NCBI GenBank assembly: GCA_964387135.1
Contig: CAYLVL010000002.1
Span: 1-35,171 of the forward strand
Length of the DNA: 35,171 nucleotides
Source: an uncultured Planctomycetota bacterium
GTDB lineage: Bacteria; JAJVIF01; JAPKYR01
Reading direction: 5' to 3'
The position numbers and the translations under genes were made by a program. The notes under the pieces are model-generated. The model was not told the origin of the DNA. It worked only from the letters and a program-made list of their open reading frames with translations, and did no database searches. Shown piece by piece: positions 16,834 through 25,131 of this stretch (positions are counted from its first letter, which is position 1; every line of letters begins with the position of its first letter).

Positions 16834-17954
16834 GCGCCAGACGCGGCAGCAGGGCTGCACCGAAGGGCTCGGTGGGCAGCCGCAAGACGGGCAGACGGAT
16901 GTCCAGCAGGCGCGTGAGAGAGACACGCGCGTCCGCTCCTCCACTGGTGTCGCCCCGATCCCATGACGTTCTCGGACCGTCCATCGCGGAGCGACGTCGT
17001 GAGGCGCGCGCCGTAGCGGTCGTCCTCTGGCTCGCGGTTGTCCTGTTCCTCGTTCTCTCGGGCAGTCTTCTCGCCTACCAGTCCTGGGCTTTTCTTGCGG
17101 GTGACAAGCCCGACACGACGGTGCCAAATGTTCTAAGCACGGTCTATGAAGAGGCGGCTGTGAAGATGGAGGAGGCCGGGCTTGTCCTGAGAATTCGCAA
17201 TGAGGCCTACTCCGATGATGTCGAGACCGACAGGATCATGGAGCAGCTACCAGCGGCCGGAGCGAGAGTCAAAATAGGCAGGGAGGTGCTTGTGGATGTA
17301 TCCCTCGGCTCGCGCACCCTCACCACGCCGAATGTCATCGGGCTGGATCGGGCCGAGGCGGTCTCCATTCTCGACAACCTCGGCGTCGGTCATCAGTTCC
17401 TTACTCCAAGATACTCGGACATCGCTCCCAACGGAACTGTGATCAACCAGAGCCCGCCGCCCGGAGCGCCAATTGCGCTCGGCGAGCCGGTGGAGCTTGT
17501 CACTTCCGCCGGACCGCTGAATCGCGCGGTAGAGATGCCCCGCCTGGAGGGGATGGCGTACGAGGACGCTCTTCAGATCATCGATCAGGAGCGGCTCGTG
17601 CTCAGACGCGTCAACCGGATTTACGTCCCCGGCGTGCACGAGGAAACCGTATCAAGTCAGTATCCATTGGGCGGTTCGCAGGTTATGCAGGGCAGCGAAG
17701 TCCTGCTGACATTGTCGTGTCCAACCTCCCAGGAGTCACTGGGACGGCGAGTATCCAGGGTGTCGGTGACGGTACCCGAGTCCGCCGGCACCGTACGGGT
17801 GCGCATTACGGTGACCGACAGGTACGAGACTGAAGAGGTCTACGCGCAGGATCACACCGGACCGACCACCGTCGAGCAACTCGTTACAAGCTACGGTCGC
17901 ACGACGGTCAGGATATACTTCGGAAACAGGATTATCAGGGAAGAGACGTTTTGA
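16830..17954 (+). CDS. membrane-anchored PASTA-domain protein with no kinase or transpeptidase domain
   Basis: Arg-rich cytoplasmic tail, one TM (AVAVVLWLAVVLFLVLSGSLLAY), three PASTA-like repeats (VPNVL..., TPNVIG..., MPRLEG...) and a C-terminal beta-rich domain. The GTG start overlaps the fmt stop (GTGA). Confidence 0.75.
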   Translation: MSARRGSRAAPKGSVGSRKTGRRMSSRRVRETRASAPPLVSPRSHDVLGPSIAERRREARAVAVVLWLAVVLFLVLSGSLLAYQSWAFLAGDKPDTTVPNVLSTVYEEAAVKMEEAGLVLRIRNEAYSDDVETDRIMEQLPAAGARVKIGREVLVDVSLGSRTLTTPNVIGLDRAEAVSILDNLGVGHQFLTPRYSDIAPNGTVINQSPPPGAPIALGEPVELVTSAGPLNRAVEMPRLEGMAYEDALQIIDQERLVLRRVNRIYVPGVHEETVSSQYPLGGSQVMQGSEVLLTLSCPTSQESLGRRVSRVSVTVPESAGTVRVRITVTDRYETEEVYAQDHTGPTTVEQLVTSYGRTTVRIYFGNRIIREETF

Positions 17955-18006
17955 GTTACAATCTGCATTCGACTGCTGGCTAATTTGATTCAGACCGGGA
18001 GAGATA

Positions 18007-18732
18007 ATGACACTGATATCACCTTCGATTCTTGCAGTTAAACTTGCAGGGCTTTGCGAAGCGGCCGAGATGGCGGAGAAAGGCGGCGCCGACTGGATCC
18101 ATCTCGACATCATGGACGGCCATTTCGTGCCGAACCTTACCTACGGGCCTCCGGTGGTGAAACTGGTTCGGCATGTGACCTCCCTGCCGCTCGACGCGCA
18201 CCTGATGGTGACTAATCCCGATGACCTCATCCCGGAGCTTTTGAAGATTGGATGCGAATACATCGCGGTTCATCAGGAGGCGTGCGTACACCTGCACCGG
18301 ACACTCGGCCATATCCGCGAGAACGGCGCGAAGGCGGGCGTGGCGCTGAATCCATCCACACCGGTCGAGACGCTGGTCGATGTCCTGCCGATGACCGACC
18401 TCGTCATCATCATGGCCGTCAATCCCGGCTTCGCGGGGCAGGTGCACATCCCCGAATCCGCCCGCAAGGTCGCCCGGTTCGCCGACATGGCGCGGTCGTC
18501 GGGCTGGAAGGGGCTGATTCAGGTGGATGGGGGTGTCAACACCGATAATGCCGGCGATCTTTCCCTCGCAGGCGCGGACTGCCTCGTCGCGGGAGCATCT
18601 GCTTTCAGGCTGAGAAAAGAGGGCGAGCCCGGAGCCGATCTTGACTACGCCGAGCAGGTGAAGATGAACATCGAGGACTTGAAGCACGCGTGCAACGTGG
18701 CGACCGAAACCGGCGTCGATCCGTATAAGTAA
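18007..18732 (+). CDS. rpe: ribulose-phosphate 3-epimerase
   Basis: SILA ... ADWIHLDIMDGHFVPN ... DAHLMV ... MAVNPGFAGQ ... VDGGV motifs. Confidence 0.9.
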   Translation: MTLISPSILAVKLAGLCEAAEMAEKGGADWIHLDIMDGHFVPNLTYGPPVVKLVRHVTSLPLDAHLMVTNPDDLIPELLKIGCEYIAVHQEACVHLHRTLGHIRENGAKAGVALNPSTPVETLVDVLPMTDLVIIMAVNPGFAGQVHIPESARKVARFADMARSSGWKGLIQVDGGVNTDNAGDLSLAGADCLVAGASAFRLRKEGEPGADLDYAEQVKMNIEDLKHACNVATETGVDPYK

Positions 18733-18873
18733 CCTGCATTCCTGAAAGCAAATCGGGAGAATCTGAGCCGCAAGCGTAAGCGAGCGAGCGGACGTGGCAA
18801 GCAACGCTCCTACAGATGCCAGCCGGAGGCTGGCGGTCCTGCCCGCCAGCGGCGGGCGCTCCAGGAATCCGTA

Positions 18874-18900
18874 GGGCCGCTGCTTGCCGCGCCCTTTTTT
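18874..18900 (+). terminator. possible Rho-independent terminator after rpe
   Basis: GC-rich 6-bp stem with one bulge (GGGCCGC ... GCGCCC) followed by T6 (18895-18900). Weaker than the other terminators in the window. Confidence 0.45.
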
Positions 18901-18920
18901 CTTCCTGCATCCTTTACCCC

Positions 18921-19709
18921 CTACAACAACTCCCTCCTCAATTGATGCTCCGGTGTGAAGTACTTCCTCACTGACATTTTGAGACCCAGCGTGAGCGCGA
19001 GCACTTTCCCTCCGACCAGCATGAACATAATTACGAGCTGGTATCTCGCTGCGACCAGAGGGTCCTGTCCCGACAACACAAGTCCGACCATGATCCCGGG
19101 TATCTGGATCAGCCCGATCACCATCAGGGCATTGATGGTCGGGATCATCCCAGCCGTAAACGCCGCGCTGGTGCAGTCATGAGCGGCCCTTACTGAGCTC
19201 GCGCCCAGTGCCAGGAGGACCTCGACTCGGTCGCGATGCGCGTCGAGCTCGCTCCGGAGCCTTTCTCCCGCGAGTGACATCCCGTTCAATGTGTTGCCGA
19301 TTACCATCCCACCAAGGGGGATGAGATAACGCGGGGTCAGAGCGACAGGATCACCGATCGCAATCAGCGTGACATAGGAGAGGGAGAAGAACGATCCGGC
19401 CAGGATGCTCAGCCAGAGAATCGGTATTGCCCCAGGGTACGGCTTCCTGATTCGTCCCCTTGCGGTGAACGCCGCGGCAAGCGCCATTGCCGCGAGGAGC
19501 AGCACGGTGATCCATATCTGCCTGATGCTGAAGATATAGACGAGGACATACCCGAGAATCGTCAGTTGCAGAAGCGACCGCAGGATGCCCACGGTGATGT
19601 CCCTCTCCATGCCGAATCCGTTGAACCATGTAAGCCCGATTGCTACAGCCACCAGCCCCAACCCGATCAGGACTCCGTACCATTCGACCTCTATTAACCC
19701 GTCATACAT
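18921..19709 (-). CDS. fetB: FetB/YbbM-family ABC exporter permease (UPF0014)
   Basis: Polytopic protein with IPLGGMVIGNTLNGMSLAGERL and YQLVIMFML segments that align with E. coli FetB as I remember it. Start set at the ATG at 19709, overlapping the fetA stop by 8 nt. Confidence 0.7.
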   Translation of the reverse strand: MYDGLIEVEWYGVLIGLGLVAVAIGLTWFNGFGMERDITVGILRSLLQLTILGYVLVYIFSIRQIWITVLLLAAMALAAAFTARGRIRKPYPGAIPILWLSILAGSFFSLSYVTLIAIGDPVALTPRYLIPLGGMVIGNTLNGMSLAGERLRSELDAHRDRVEVLLALGASSVRAAHDCTSAAFTAGMIPTINALMVIGLIQIPGIMVGLVLSGQDPLVAARYQLVIMFMLVGGKVLALTLGLKMSVRKYFTPEHQLRRELL

Positions 19710-20415
19710 TGCCTTCATCTCCTTCCCGGTCGACTGCACGGACTTTGCCGTTGCTCACCTTCAACACAAGCTCTCCCATCCGCCTGACCTCATCCGGCCT
19801 GTGGCTCACCATCACCGTAGTGAGGTTCCTTGTCCCTTTGATCTCCCGTATGTGGTCGAGAAGTCTGTCGGCGGCTTCGGGATCGAGCGCGCTTGTCGGC
19901 TCGTCCAGCAGCATCACGTCCGGCTCCAGCGCGAGCGCTCTCAACAGATTCAGACGCTGGGCCTCGCCGACACTCAAATCCTCCGCCTTCCGCTCGAAAA
20001 GATTGCCGGGGAGCAGACCGAGCGCCTTCAGTTCCGAGAGACGCTTCTCGATTTCCTCTTTTTCCCGGGTCACATCCTTTGAAAGCGTGAACGGAAGTCG
20101 CAGATTTTCTTGCACGGTGCCCGGGAACCTGACCGGTACCTGCGGGACCCAGCCGATTCTCCTGCGAAGGTCCATGACCGGATACTCGTGGATGTCCCTG
20201 CCGTCGAAGCGGATCACGCCGGAAGTCGGATCGGCGAGACGGTTGAAAAGACGGAGAAGGGTGGATTTGCCCGATCCTGAAGGCCCGGTAATCACGGCCA
20301 GAACTCCAGGCGGGATGTTGAATGTGGCGTCGGAGATAATCGGTATAGGCCCGGCGGCCGGATCCGATGCCGGAGCAGAGTATGCCACTGAGTCGAAATC
20401 GAATAGAGATGTCAT
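19702..20415 (-). CDS. fetA: FetA/YbbL-like ABC transporter ATP-binding protein
   Basis: Walker A GPSGSGKST, signature LSVGEAQR and Walker B MLLDEPTSALD. Directly upstream of and overlapping the FetB-like permease gene. Confidence 0.75.
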   Translation of the reverse strand: MTSLFDFDSVAYSAPASDPAAGPIPIISDATFNIPPGVLAVITGPSGSGKSTLLRLFNRLADPTSGVIRFDGRDIHEYPVMDLRRRIGWVPQVPVRFPGTVQENLRLPFTLSKDVTREKEEIEKRLSELKALGLLPGNLFERKAEDLSVGEAQRLNLLRALALEPDVMLLDEPTSALDPEAADRLLDHIREIKGTRNLTTVMVSHRPDEVRRMGELVLKVSNGKVRAVDREGDEGNV

Positions 20416-20846
20416 TCCGCCTCGAAATCTATGAGCTTCAGACCCTTGAAACGGGCAGACGACCGCCCGACGTGAAACGGCGCCTTGTGTATCCAGATCT
20501 CGCCGGTCACGCTGATTGTCCCTTCGACCAGGTGCCCCCCGATGACAGAGTAATCCCTTCTGCCCAGCGTGATGTGGACGTGTGCGATCGGCTTGCCTTC
20601 CGCCCGGGCCACATTCCCGATCATCGTCGTTATCTCGCAGTTCTCCTCGATGAGGGTCGTCTTGTACTCCTCATCGGTTAGATCGTACCAGCCGATCTCG
20701 CACGAGGATGTCGCGCCGATGCCGGTAAGAAATCCGGAGGGAATCTCCTCTTTGTGTTCCGCCAGGTAGCCGAGAAGGTTTTCCATGATCTTCTCGCCGG
20801 GGTCGAGTCTGACGATATGTACGAACTCCTCGTTTCTTGAGTCCAT
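20412..20846 (-). CDS. PPC (DUF296) domain protein
   Basis: VRLDPGEKIMENLLGYL ... GIGATSS ... HVHITLG ... GGHLVEGTISVTGEIWI pattern of the PPC/DUF296 fold. Start set at the ATG at 20846 (MDSRNEE). The stop overlaps the fetA start (ATGA). Confidence 0.65.
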   Translation of the reverse strand: MDSRNEEFVHIVRLDPGEKIMENLLGYLAEHKEEIPSGFLTGIGATSSCEIGWYDLTDEEYKTTLIEENCEITTMIGNVARAEGKPIAHVHITLGRRDYSVIGGHLVEGTISVTGEIWIHKAPFHVGRSSARFKGLKLIDFEAE

Positions 20847-20968
20847 CTGAACCACCGTCTTTCCTGTATGTGCCCGGAATGTTAACAGAGAGCGAAGTCG
20901 CGCGCAAAAATCCATGGTGCTCCGACTGGGGTTACGGGGGGCTTGCTCCGGTGGGGATTTCGGTGTGG

Positions 20969-22156
20969 TTACTGCGACCTGCCCGTATCGAGCAGGCGGA
21001 GATCGGCGAGTGGATCATCGGCCCTCAGGACGTTCTGTGAGAGGATCATCTTGTCCTCGTAGGCTCTCATGAACGATTCGACGAGAATGGGATCGAATTG
21101 CCTTCCTTTCTCCCGGCCGAGCTCGACAAGAGCCTCCTCGTCGCTCAGCGGCGAGCGGAAGGGTCTGGGCGACGTCATTGCGTCGAAGGCATCCGCGACC
21201 GTCAGTATCCTCGCGCCAAGCGGGATATTCTCTCCCTCCAGGCCGTCGGGATAGCCCTTGCCGTCGTAGCGTTCGTGATGGTGGCGCATCGCGGAGAACA
21301 CGTCGGCAAGATAATCCACCCTCCCGAGAAAACGGACCGATAATTCGGGATGCGCGCGAATGACCCGGAATTCCTCTGGGGTGAGAGGCCCCGGCTTTGA
21401 CAGGATGCGCTCGGGTATACCCAGCCGGCCGATATCATGCAGAAGCCCCGCAAGCCCGAGCCTGTCTATGTAGCCGGTTTCAAGACCGTGTACTCTCGCG
21501 ACGGCCTCGGCGAACTCGCTCACTCTCTCGCCGTGACCCACAAGATGCGGGTCACGCGCGTCCACCGCAAACGCGATCGCCTTCGCGATGGCCTTGAAAG
21601 CAGCCAGTCGGCTCTCCTGCGACCTCCAGCGATTCACCAGCGGCTCCAGAAGCATGACCGCCCGTCGCATGACATTCGCGTCGCGCTTGCCTACGGTTGC
21701 TTCTCCCGACAGAAACACTCCCACCACATAGCTCGGTATGCCGTCCATCGGTATCGGGCATACGATGGCTCTCTTCCAGGTAAGCCCGGGAGGAGCTTCT
21801 CTGCCGCGAATGTAGGCCGGGTCCTCGTCAAGGTCCTCGATTGTCCTGCACTCGCCGTCCATTGCGGTATTTCCGAGCAGGCTGCCCTTGAGAGGTATCG
21901 GATCCGCGTCCATCGGCTCCAGCGGAACAAGACATCCGGCCCCCCTGTCGATCTCGCAGAGCCTCACTCCGGCTTTCGGCCAGAGATCGGCAAGTCCGCG
22001 CGAGAAATTGCTGAGGAGGTGCTCCAGGGAACGCGACGAGTTCAGCCTGGAAGCCAGCCCGATAAGCTCGGCGAGCGCGCGGATGTCCGCACCGGTACCG
22101 GACTCCCGGCGCATCTCATCCGCGATCCTCTCGGTGCGATTCTTCTCGTCGCTCAT
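20969..22156 (-). CDS. HD-GYP domain c-di-GMP phosphodiesterase with an N-terminal GAF-like sensor region
   Basis: HGERV ... LLHDIGRLGIPERIL ... HHERYDGKGYPDGL (HD and GYP motifs). The N-terminal ~180 aa is unassigned and GAF-like only by length and position. Confidence 0.85.
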   Translation of the reverse strand: MSDEKNRTERIADEMRRESGTGADIRALAELIGLASRLNSSRSLEHLLSNFSRGLADLWPKAGVRLCEIDRGAGCLVPLEPMDADPIPLKGSLLGNTAMDGECRTIEDLDEDPAYIRGREAPPGLTWKRAIVCPIPMDGIPSYVVGVFLSGEATVGKRDANVMRRAVMLLEPLVNRWRSQESRLAAFKAIAKAIAFAVDARDPHLVGHGERVSEFAEAVARVHGLETGYIDRLGLAGLLHDIGRLGIPERILSKPGPLTPEEFRVIRAHPELSVRFLGRVDYLADVFSAMRHHHERYDGKGYPDGLEGENIPLGARILTVADAFDAMTSPRPFRSPLSDEEALVELGREKGRQFDPILVESFMRAYEDKMILSQNVLRADDPLADLRLLDTGRSQ

Positions 22157-22270
22157 CTGATCTTCAAGCCAATCCGTGGCTCAGCCTGTTACGCATAACT
22201 AGTATCCGATTGCCGGGAGTGAATCGGAACGTACGGAATTCAGCCTTTTCAATGAAATGCAATGCGGGAT

Positions 22271-23770
22271 TCAGGCGTTTCCTGCGAGGAATTCCTGGAG
22301 TTCGGCGAATGTGGGGCGGCGGAACGGGGTACCCGGATACTCCGCCTTGGCGGCGGCTGATGTCAGCGCGGGATACATGGCCACATAGCTGCCCAGATCG
22401 TACGGATATCGACCCTGGTTGATTCCAAGGAATCTCACTTCCGCGAAATGCCTTGACAGAAGGTCACGCCAGGTGGAGAGCTGCACCATGTCCGGTGGTG
22501 CGCAGAAGGAGGGATGCAGAGTCACATACGCGGCGCCCTCGGGCTCCATTGTCCCCGATTTCTGTCGCCGGCATTCGAGTATCTCCTCGGCGAGAGGGAT
22601 GTTGTCGTCCGTAATGAACGGGAGCCAAATCGGCATGCTCCCCGTGACAAGCGGAAATCTCGGCTCGGTATGAGTGAAGACACCGATATAAGCGTCCCTT
22701 GGGGGACTGTCTCCCTGCCAGGTTCTCCGGTACATGGAAAACACCCGCCTCGACAGCTCTCCCGGATGAGCGTGGATCACCCTTATCGGCTTGTGCCCGC
22801 TTTTCGATGCGATTTCCCCGGCCTCATCGATGAAATCCCCGGTTGTCCCCCACTCGCTCTCCGGCCTGCTCACGAAGTCCCGGTCCAGCCTCCATTTTGC
22901 ATCTTCCGATGCCCCCCACAGGTTCCGGTAGGCTTTCAACGGCTCCGTCTCATCAAGGTACTCCTCTGGCGCAACTCCCCCCAGACCTCCGAGCTGAAAA
23001 TACAGGCGATCCGAAATTTCGGCCATGAGCCACCGGAACCGGCAGTCCAGGAGAATCACCGGCGATCCGGGAGTCAGGCGCTCCTCGATGAACCTCCGGT
23101 ACGCTCGCGGCAGCTCGAGATACCTTGTGCGGACGAATACCACCCTCCTGATCAGGAACCGATCGTGCACCGGATCGAAGTGAATTATCGCCTCGATTGA
23201 TTTATGCTTTTCGAGAAGAGGTTCCGCTATCTCCCTGCCCGCATCCAGGTATGCCTGGGAGTCATCCGGATGCATGTCCCTTCTGGCGTTGAACAGAAGC
23301 GGCTGGGGAAGGTAGGGGAATCCTGTCAGGCCTGAAAGGAAGGTCACCGCGAGCCCCGGCGCGCCGAGTATCACGCCGGGATATCGATCCGCCGTATAGC
23401 CCTTGATCACCCAGCTCGCGACAGCGTCCGGATCGATCTTCCTGAACTCGTCTGCCGACCGGGAGACCGATACCCCTACGAAATCGGCGATCCGGATACG
23501 CATTGAGACGGGAAGCGTGTTGAGTATCCGCGTGAGAGCCCTTATGTGTCCCGGCTGGGGAAAGGGATCGAAATGCCTGCGTTGGAGCACCGTCTGGCAG
23601 GCCCGAAGCGCGATCACGGCGCTGTCCCCGAATGTGAGAGCGGGCGGGCTTTGGGATATCGGGATGTCTTCCATCGGGTCGAGCAATTCTACCAGAACGT
23701 CCCGGGGTGAACAAAGCCGGGTCGGGGCGTGTCTCGATGAATGCGGGCATTGTGCACATGCATCCTGCAT
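22271..23770 (-). CDS. hypothetical protein (499 aa, or 467 aa from M33), no recognisable family
   Basis: Long ORF with coding-like third-position GC bias. No TM segment, signal peptide or motif I can name. Start uncertain: ATG at 23770 or ATG at 23674. Confidence 0.65.
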   Translation of the reverse strand: MQDACAQCPHSSRHAPTRLCSPRDVLVELLDPMEDIPISQSPPALTFGDSAVIALRACQTVLQRRHFDPFPQPGHIRALTRILNTLPVSMRIRIADFVGVSVSRSADEFRKIDPDAVASWVIKGYTADRYPGVILGAPGLAVTFLSGLTGFPYLPQPLLFNARRDMHPDDSQAYLDAGREIAEPLLEKHKSIEAIIHFDPVHDRFLIRRVVFVRTRYLELPRAYRRFIEERLTPGSPVILLDCRFRWLMAEISDRLYFQLGGLGGVAPEEYLDETEPLKAYRNLWGASEDAKWRLDRDFVSRPESEWGTTGDFIDEAGEIASKSGHKPIRVIHAHPGELSRRVFSMYRRTWQGDSPPRDAYIGVFTHTEPRFPLVTGSMPIWLPFITDDNIPLAEEILECRRQKSGTMEPEGAAYVTLHPSFCAPPDMVQLSTWRDLLSRHFAEVRFLGINQGRYPYDLGSYVAMYPALTSAAAKAEYPGTPFRRPTFAELQEFLAGNA

Positions 23771-23814
23771 CTGGTAAAATCCAAACTATTAGTCGAAGTG
23801 GAGGTGCTTAACTT

Positions 23815-24411
23815 ATGGTAGGGAGAAATGCCGCAGCGATTCTGATTTTATCGGGGCTCGTCCTTCTGTTCCCGGCTTTCGCTGCCTGTGCGTCCAATCA
23901 GGGCGTGCGGGTGACGAGCGAGGACGATGAGAGCCGGGCGGTTACGCCGGATGTCGATTGGAGCCTCGAGGATGTCGCTGAGTCGCAGGAGGACGACGAG
24001 GATTCGGCCCCGGATGTGGAGATCGATGACGGCAGCGGCGGTGCACCGACTGAGAAGATCATCGAAGCCGCCGATGTCGAGTTCAAGGTGTTTGTGAACG
24101 GATCGGAGCATCCGATTGATGAGCCCCTTGAGTTGTACGAGAACCAGATGGTCGAAGTGAGGTTCCATCTCACCGCCACCGGCTCGGAGCTTGCGCGCTA
24201 CATGATCACCACCAGCGGCGGGCACATGATCCCAAAGGGAGGGGAACTTGAGGGCATGGAGGCTGATGTTTCCTATAACTTTACGTACAACATGCGATTG
24301 TGGCAGGAGGGCGGAATAATAATCACTGTCGTTAACCGTCAGGGCGACACCTTCATGCGCAATCTTCCCGTGTCTCCGGCGATGTCTCCGGGTCTGCACG
24401 GCGGCGAGTGA
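23815..24411 (+). CDS. putative lipoprotein, paralog A (acidic linker plus ~105-aa beta-rich domain)
   Basis: Signal peptide with Cys (LLFPAFAAC-ASNQ), a D/E-rich linker, and a C-terminal domain homologous to the next gene. Confidence 0.7.
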   Translation: MVGRNAAAILILSGLVLLFPAFAACASNQGVRVTSEDDESRAVTPDVDWSLEDVAESQEDDEDSAPDVEIDDGSGGAPTEKIIEAADVEFKVFVNGSEHPIDEPLELYENQMVEVRFHLTATGSELARYMITTSGGHMIPKGGELEGMEADVSYNFTYNMRLWQEGGIIITVVNRQGDTFMRNLPVSPAMSPGLHGGE

Positions 24412-24468
24412 GTTTCACAACGAAATAGCGGTCGATGCAGGGGGAATTCACACGGGGAGGTACTATCC

Positions 24469-25113
24469 ATGCTGAGAAGATACGGAATCCTCATACCGCT
24501 CACTTGTATTGTTCTGTTCGTGCTCATACCGATCCTTGGCTGCACGGGCGGACGCGGTGAAAAACCGAGGGACGTCGACGCAGGTCGAACCGACCCGGCG
24601 GGTGTGGGCAGGGCGGTCACTCCCGATGCGCCCGCCGTTGACGACTCGCTCGATGCAGGTGATGGATCCGACGAGCAGGCCGGCTCGGACGGCGGCAGCC
24701 GCAATTACAGCACTGCGCCCCCATCACAGCCACCCTCATCCGGACCGTCCACCCTGCCCCCCGAAACCCAGCCATCGGAAATCGATCTGACCATGCTGGT
24801 CGAGGGCACCGAGCATCCGACCGATCGGCCGCTCAGGCTCCCCGAAGGGATCGAGGTCGAGATAGAATTCGTCCTGACGGCGTCAGGAGCAGAGCTGGAC
24901 TGGTTCGAAATCCGGTCGGCCGATCCCGAGGGCGAGCCAATGACCGGCGATCTCAACAGCTTCGAGGCGAATATCCTTTATCCCGTTGTCTACAACAGCA
25001 GGACCTGGGGACAGGGCGGGATAACCGTGGTGGTAACAAACACCCAGGGCGACGCGAGCTGGACCAACATCCTGGTCATGCCTGCCGCGGCTCAGGGACT
25101 TCCACCGACCTGA
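24469..25113 (+). CDS. putative lipoprotein, paralog B (Pro/Ser/Asp-rich linker plus ~105-aa beta-rich domain)
   Basis: Signal peptide with Cys (VLIPILGC-TGG). The C-terminal domain aligns with paralog A (VEGTEHPTDRPLRL / VNGSEHPIDEPLEL; VEIEFVLTASGAEL / VEVRFHLTATGSEL; TWGQGGITVVVTNTQGD / LWQEGGIIITVVNRQGD). Confidence 0.7.
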   Translation: MLRRYGILIPLTCIVLFVLIPILGCTGGRGEKPRDVDAGRTDPAGVGRAVTPDAPAVDDSLDAGDGSDEQAGSDGGSRNYSTAPPSQPPSSGPSTLPPETQPSEIDLTMLVEGTEHPTDRPLRLPEGIEVEIEFVLTASGAELDWFEIRSADPEGEPMTGDLNSFEANILYPVVYNSRTWGQGGITVVVTNTQGDASWTNILVMPAAAQGLPPT

Positions 25114-25131
25114 CTTATTTCCCGCAGATAA

